A DNA stretch of 64,000 bases from Octopus vulgaris (lineage: Eukaryota). The notes below the pieces were generated by a model. The model was not told where the DNA came from. It ran no database searches and saw only the letters and a program-made list of their open reading frames with translations. Below, piece after piece: positions 57,243 through 64,000 of the stretch. The position numbers and the translations under genes were made by a program. Within the stretch, counting starts at the first letter, position 1. Every line of letters begins with the position of its first letter. The DNA lies in the NCBI GenBank assembly GCA_951406725.2, contig OX597843.1, positions 17,670,001-17,734,000 of the forward strand, read 5' to 3'.

Positions 57243-57530
57243 ATATATATATACACAAACACAAGTTCGTCGATGCTTAAACATGAGAAGTTTTCATATT
57301 AATATATATTCAAGCTAGTAAGCTTGTATGTATGTATGTATGTATGTATGTGTGTGTATGTAAGTATGTATGTATGTATGTATGTATGTATGTATGTATG
57401 TATGCATGTATGTATGTGTGTATGTATGTATGTGTGTGTATGTATGTATGTATGTATGTGTATGTATGTATGTATGTATGTATGTATGTATGTATGTATG
57501 TATGTATGTATGTATGTATGTATGTATGTA

Positions 57531-57561
<31 letters not shown>

Positions 57562-58662
57562 ATGTATGTGTGTATGTATGTATGTATGTGTGTGTGTGTG
57601 TAAGTATGTATGTATGTATGTATGTATGTGTGTATGTATGTATGTATGTATGTATGTATGTATGTATGTATGTATGTATGTATGTATGTATGTGTGTGTA
57701 TGTATGTATGTATGTATGTATGTGTGTGTATGTATGTATGTGTATGTATGTATGTATGTGTGTGTGCTTGTATGTATGTATATATATATGTATATATGTA
57801 TGTATGTATGTATGTATGAATGTATATATGCATGTATGTAGGCAGGTAAGGATGTCTATCGGTAAGTATATATTTCAAGGTACCTTGCATCTCCTCATGA
57901 AAGATATACAAGTTATAGAGACAGAGGCAAGGAAAAGTCTTGTAAGAAAAATACATATTTAGAAATTGCCTGTATGCGATTACACGTATACTCACGGACA
58001 CACACGCAAAGTCCCGTTCACACACACAGACGCGTGCACACACACATTCATGTACATATACATTGAGGTATATAATGTGCACATTATATATATGTAGAGA
58101 GAAAGAGAGATGGTACGCATATACATAGGCATAAATATATAATATTTACATATATATTTATATATATCTGTAGTTTTTTAAAACTTTTATATACATAAAC
58201 CGATGCTGGTGTGTTTATGTCCCCGTCAGTTAGCGGTTCGGCAAAAGAGACCGATAGAATAAGTACTGGGCTTACAAAAGAATAAGTCCCAGGGTTGAGT
58301 TGCTCGATTAAAGGCGGTGCACCAGCATGGCCGCAGTCAAAATGACTGAAACAAGTAAAAAATATCATATATATATATGCATATACACATATGTATATAT
58401 ATATACATACAATATTCATTTAAACATATACATATACACATGTTTATTTCTATATATACTCTTTATATTATTACAGTTGTAATTGGATGTATATGAATAT
58501 ATCTGTACCAATCAATTTAATGAGGAGTGTATATGAATCTCTGTGTATGAATATACACTATAGATACTATACCATTATATACCACAGTAGGCGGAGAATA
58601 TGCCATATAGACACGTAAATATATTTTTTGTTTTATATATATATATATAATATTTATTTATA

Positions 58663-58731
<69 letters not shown>

Positions 58732-59245
58732 CATACATACACACACAAGTCTTTATCTGTAAACATATATAAATATATACAATGAAAATATACATTTTGA
58801 AGCATAAAAACTTTTACAAACACCCACGCTTGCGTGTATATGTGCGTATATGTGTATATATGCCTATATAAACACAAACATACATACATACATACATACA
58901 TACATACATACATACATACATACATACACACATACATACATACACACATACATACATACATACATACATACATACATACATACATACATACATACATACA
59001 TACATACATACATACATGTACACGTACATACATACCTATCTGCGGCTCTGACGACTTTGTTAATCTGTATTCATTGAAGTGTAAACTTAAGACTGTGTCT
59101 GTAATCCAGACTCGTTTCTTTCGACTCTCGCACAATTACCTCCAGATGGCGCTGCTCTGACATGGAACTCATCTGCTCGCTTTCAGTTTCGATTTCAAAA
59201 CAAATGGATAAATATACATATGTACATCTATCCATTTAGCGAGCC

Positions 59246-59337
<92 letters not shown>

Positions 59338-59988
59338 GTGTGTGTGTGTGTGTGTATTGAGGTTTATGTATATAATAAAGACAACAAACGGAAAATGATA
59401 TTGTGTGTGTGTGTGTGTGTCAGACAACAAACGGAAAATGATATATATATATATATATATGCATGTGTGTATATATATATATATGTATATATGCATGTGT
59501 ATATATATATATGTATATATATATGCATGTATATATATATATGTATATATATATATATGCATGTATGTATATATATATATGCATGTGTATATATATATAT
59601 ATATATATATATGCATGTATATATATTTTTATTCATGTGTATATATATGTATGTATATATATATATATGCATATATATATATATATATATGCATGTATAT
59701 ATATATATGTATATACATGTATATATATGCATGCATATATATATATGTACATATATCTATATGTATGAATGTGTATATATATATATATATATGTACATGT
59801 ATATATAATTATATATACATATATGCATGTATATATATATATTTCTGTGTGTATGTATGTGTGTGTGTGCGTGTGCGTGTGTGTGCGTGTATATATATAT
59901 ATATATATTATTTTAGAAAAAACGTGTAGTAAATAAACATCCGGACATATGCTGCATAAACAGACGAACGGAAAGCGCAGAGAGTTAC

Positions 59989-60090
59989 CAACCACTCTTC
60001 AGTTATCGACCCGGCCAGAGGGTCAAGCGCAATTTCGGCCATCATCGATAATACTGATTCCACTTCTGGGGGCACCGGCAAGAAACCTGC
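59989..60090 (-). CDS. Possible isolated exon (102 nt, phase 0-0)
   Basis: Acceptor TGTTTTCGTCCCATTCCAG|, donor TTG|GTAACT; only one open frame: [34 protein letters not shown]. Confidence 0.4.
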
Positions 60091-60383
60091 CTGGAATGGG
60101 ACGAAAACATAAGCAAACCAGACAGGCTCGAGACGTGTCCGATAGTGAACGGATGAGGGAGAAAACAATAAACAGAATAGAGACTCCGTGCCCCACGAAG
60201 GCAACAATTGAAATGATAATAACACATATACAGCAGACAAAGCCTTAGGGCTGTAAGACAAAAATGGGTAAGGCGGAATGAAAAATTGTCGTAAACGACT
60301 ATAGGCACGGGAAGGGTAGAGCGAAGAGCTTAGAAGATCGATATATGCGACGGGCTTCTTTCAGTTTCCAGCCATCAAATCTA

Positions 60384-60430
<47 letters not shown>

Positions 60431-60432
<2 letters not shown>

Positions 60433-60805
60433 CGTAGGAGTGGCTGTGTGGTAAGTAGCTTGCTTACCAACCACATGGTTCCGGGTTCAGTCCCACTACG
60501 TGGCACTTTGGGCAAGTGTCTTCTACTGTAGCCTCGGGCCGACCAAAGCCTTGTGAGTGGATTTGGTAGATGGAAACTGAAAGAAGCCTGTCGTGTATAT
60601 ATATATATATGTGTCTGTTTGTTCTCCCAACATCGCTTGACAACCGATGCTGGTGTGTTTACGTCCCCGTAACTTAGCAGTTCGGCAAAACAGACCGATA
60701 GAATAAGTACTAGGCTTACAAAGAATAAGTCCTGGGGTCGATTTGCTGGACTAAAGGCGGTGCTCCAGCATGGCCGCAGTCAAATGACTGAAACAAGTAA
60801 AAGAG
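60431..60805 (+). mobile_element. Major SINE family copy
   Basis: Colinear with the family sequence; diverged copies follow at about 61560-61865 and 61963-62283. Confidence 0.9.
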
Positions 60806-60824
60806 TATATATATATATATATAT

Positions 60825-61113
60825 GGAGGCGCAATGGCCCAGTGGTAAGGGCAGCGGACTCGCGGTTTCGATTCCCAGACCGGGCGTTGTGAGTGTTTAT
60901 TGAGCGAAAGCCCCTAAAAGCTCCACGATGCTCCGTCAGGGGGTGGTGGCGATCCCTGTTCTACTCTTTCACCACAACTTTCACTCCCTCTTTCTTTTGT
61001 TGGCCTGCTTGCTTAGCCAGCGGGGTAGCGTCATTTGAAGGCTAAAACAATGCGAAGCTCATTGTGATCAGCGATATGTAGCAACATCTGGTCGGTCACT
61101 GTGATCACGGTGA
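60825..61113 (+). mobile_element. tRNA-derived SINE (head as 11028, different 3' part)
   Basis: GGAGGCGCAATGGCCCAGTGG head; ends gtgatcacggtgat before (TA)n. Confidence 0.85.
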
Positions 61114-61174
61114 TATATATATATATATATATATATACACTCATACACGTACATATACACACACATATATATAT

Positions 61175-61370
61175 AGTTGAAATTTACAGAAAAACAAAAG
61201 ACGAAGACAGGCGTGTGAGCAACAAGCAGGTGTATTAGTTTGACGCTCGGGAAAATGAGAAAGTCTTTTACGTTTCGAGCCTACGCTCTTCAACAGAAAG
61301 GAATAAGAGAAAATAAACAGAGAAAGGATGAAAAAAAAACTTGTGGATTTAGCGATTAACCATGGCGGCT
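61175..61370 (-). mobile_element. Family B pLTR-like element with HHR-like motif at 61265-61300
   Basis: CTTT-CTGTTGA-A-GAGC(GTAG)GCTC-GAAAC-GTA-AAAG on the minus strand. Confidence 0.7.
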
Positions 61371-62486
61371 GTTTGGGAAAAAATGGTTTGACAGGAGAGG
61401 TAAGAAGAAGGGGAGATAATGAAGTATTGCTGACCCTGAACGAAGGTTCGCGGGCTGAAGTGTGAGTGTGGTTTGGGACTAGTGGCTTTGACGTGTTGAT
61501 GTGTACGTGTGTGTGTGCGTCTGTAATGTGTGGGTGTATGGATGATTGTGTGTGATAGACAGGCGGTCCTGGGTGAGCGGTTAGAAGCTTGCTCCTCATC
61601 CACATGGTTTGGAGGTTCAATCCTGCTGCGCGGCACCTTGGGTGACTTTCTTTTGCTGTAACCCCGGGCGGACTAAATTGTGTGAATGGATTTAGTTTGA
61701 GGGAAACTGGAAGAAGCTTATGCATATATATTACACGTGCGTTTGTGTGTGTGTTGTGCGACCTTGTATTGTGTTTGTCTCTACAAACGCTTGACGACCG
61801 GTGTTGGGTTGTTTAGATCGACGTGAAATAGCGGTTCGGCGAAAGTGACCGATAGAATAAGTACCTGAACGCATTCCAATGAACTGAAAGAATATAATTG
61901 TAGAAGGTATGATGGTAGTCTCTCGTAGACCAAGGAAGTCGGTTCTTCAACTTCTTGCCGAATGGCTGTGAGGTAAGAAGCTTGCTTCTCAACCAAATGC
62001 TTCTGGGTTCGGTCCCACTGAATACCTCTATCTGATCAAAGTCTTGTGAGTTGATTTGATATATATGCTTTTGTCTTTCTGCCCGTGTTTGTCCCCCCAC
62101 CACTGCTTGACAACCTGTGTTAGTGTGTTTACGTCTCCGTAACACAGCAGTTCTGTAAAATAGATCGATAGAATAAGTACAAGGTTAAAAAAAGAATGTA
62201 ATGGGTTCGATACATTCAACTAAAAGTTTTTCAAGGCGTTGCTCCAGCATGGCTGCAGTTTAATGACTGACACAAGTCAAAGATAGAAACTATCAAATAT
62301 AACGAAACCGTAATCTCGTCCTCCGAAGAACCATTTTGTCTGCCACGCATTCTTGAAGAATGCGAAAAGCTATTTCTCTATTGGAATATCTCTGTACAAA
62401 TACAAGTTCACAGATATCTGTATGTGTGTGTGTGTGTGTGTGCGTATACATATTTATATTTATATATATAAATATATATATATATA

Positions 62487-63013
62487 GTAATAACAAAAGG
62501 GTGAAATTAATTAATTACGAAGTAATCATTAATTTCACCAAGTAGAATTCAGCATGTAAAGGACCAATTCATGGTAAGTTAAGTAATACTAAATAATTAG
62601 GGATCAGCAAACGATTTGCGTCACCACATACTGAAGTTTAGAAATAGCAGTCAAATTCTTGGCTATTCTTTCTACTTTAAAGGGAGATCCCAGAGAAACT
62701 GAAGCACTCAAAAGCAAACCACGAAGGTAGAAGGGAAAAAAAGACGAAAATCATTCTATAATAAGTTGCCTACGGACGCGCGTTTCGGAATTAAGTCAGA
62801 ATAGAGCACAAATAATAAATAATTATACCTTACCTGACTATTTTCCTCATCAGCGTAGGATTCTTCAACTATAAATAATCGTGTCTCAATCATTAATAAT
62901 TGTGTATTGGGATCTCCCTTTAAAGTAGAAAGAATATCCAAGAATTTGACTGCTATTTCTAAACTTCAGTATGTGGTGACGCAAATCGTTTGCTGATCCC
63001 TAATTATTTAGTA
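62487..63013 (-). mobile_element. Fold-back pLTR-like element enclosing a canonical HHR
   Basis: Arms of about 106 bp at 62587-62692 / 62908-63013 with the HHR in the spacer; related fragment at about 31360-31530. Confidence 0.8.
62769..62859 (-). ncRNA. Type I hammerhead ribozyme, canonical core, GUC cleavage site
   Basis: CCTACG-CTGATGA-GGAA..AGTCAG(AT-rich loop)CTGACT..TTCC-GAAAC-GCGC-GTC-CGTAGG; 6-bp stem I; palindromic stem III ACGCGCGT. Confidence 0.92.
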
Positions 63014-63016
63014 TAT

Positions 63017-63399
63017 ACTAGCAGTATCGCCCGGCGTTGCTAGGGTTTGTAAGAGAAATAACTATATAAGCATTTTTAGAGAGTTATAGCCAAAAAATAG
63101 CAAAAAAATGCATTAAAAATGGAAAAAAAATTATGGTAATTTTTTTTAATGATCGTTGACTCATCGTAGACATTTTTAGAGAGTTACTTCCCTTATATAA
63201 TAGCGAAAAAATGCATTAAAATGGAAAAAAATGATGGTAAATTTTTTTAAAGATCGTAGACTCATCGTAGACGCGCGCTAATACCCAGAAGGGCTCGATA
63301 TAAATCACGACTATAAGATACCCGGTTTTGGTTAAACTGCACCGCAAAATGTGGGAGTAGTTAGGAATCTAAATCGTAGGAGACAGACACACAACTTGA

Positions 63400-63410
<11 letters not shown>
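63017..63410 (-). mobile_element. Non-autonomous Helitron-like element
   Basis: 5' TATATAAAAGTCAAGTTGTGTGTCTG..; 3' CCC..GCAACGC-CGGG hairpin then CTAG-T; internal duplication of about 100 bp. Confidence 0.65.
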
Positions 63411-63497
<87 letters not shown>

Positions 63498-63511
63498 GTG
63501 TGTGTGTGTGT

Positions 63512-63815
63512 GTGGAGGCGCAATGGCCCAGTGGTTAGGGCAGCGGACTCGTGGTTGTAGGATCGCGGTTTCGATCCCCAGACCGGGCGTTGTGAGTGTT
63601 TATTGAGCGGAAACACCTAAAGCTCCACGAGGCTCCGGCAGGGGGTGGTGGCGATCCCTGCTGTACTCTTTCGCCACAACTTTCTCTCTTTCTTCTGTTG
63701 GCCTGCTCGCTTAGCCCGCGGGGTGGCGTTATTTGAAGGCTAAAATAATGCGAAGCGCATTGTGACCAGCGATGTGTGGCTACAACTGATAGCCTGGTCG
63801 GTCATGGTGATCACG

Positions 63816-63820
<5 letters not shown>
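63512..63820 (+). mobile_element. tRNA-derived SINE (same family as 60825)
   Basis: A and B boxes; colinear with 60825-61113. Confidence 0.85.
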
Positions 63821-63866
<46 letters not shown>

Positions 63867-64000
63867 GTATGTATATATATATATGTATATATATATACAT
63901 ATATATATGTATATATGTATGTGTATATATATATATAAACTTACTTGGAAATGGATGCGTGGTGTTCAATCAAATAACATATATATATACATATATGTAT

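Overview
This is AT-rich, microsatellite-saturated animal genomic DNA; the SINE families strongly resemble those of Octopus (a coleoid cephalopod). Almost all long ORFs in the supplied track are translations of (TA)n, (CATA)n, (CA)n and (GATA)n repeats. Real content: dozens of tRNA-derived SINE copies; truncated non-LTR retrotransposons (CR1-like RT, R4/Dong-like, Tx1/L1-like, and a Penelope GIY-YIG fragment); two non-autonomous Helitron-like elements; a 40-bp satellite with a 480-bp higher-order duplication; and a possible minus-strand orphan gene with a large low-complexity exon (46898-45344) plus frame-compatible downstream exons. The most notable signal is about 17 type I hammerhead ribozyme (HHR) motifs, folded by eye, from at least 8 families of short elements embedded in (TA)n tracts. 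Three have canonical cores (2854-2945, 26787-26897, 62769-62859). Others carry family-wide core variants (U3-A8, C4, U6) with compensatory stem changes and palindromic stem III. One family is attached to the Penelope GIY-YIG fragment, and many copies are fold-back structures. All structures and coordinates were read by hand and are untested.
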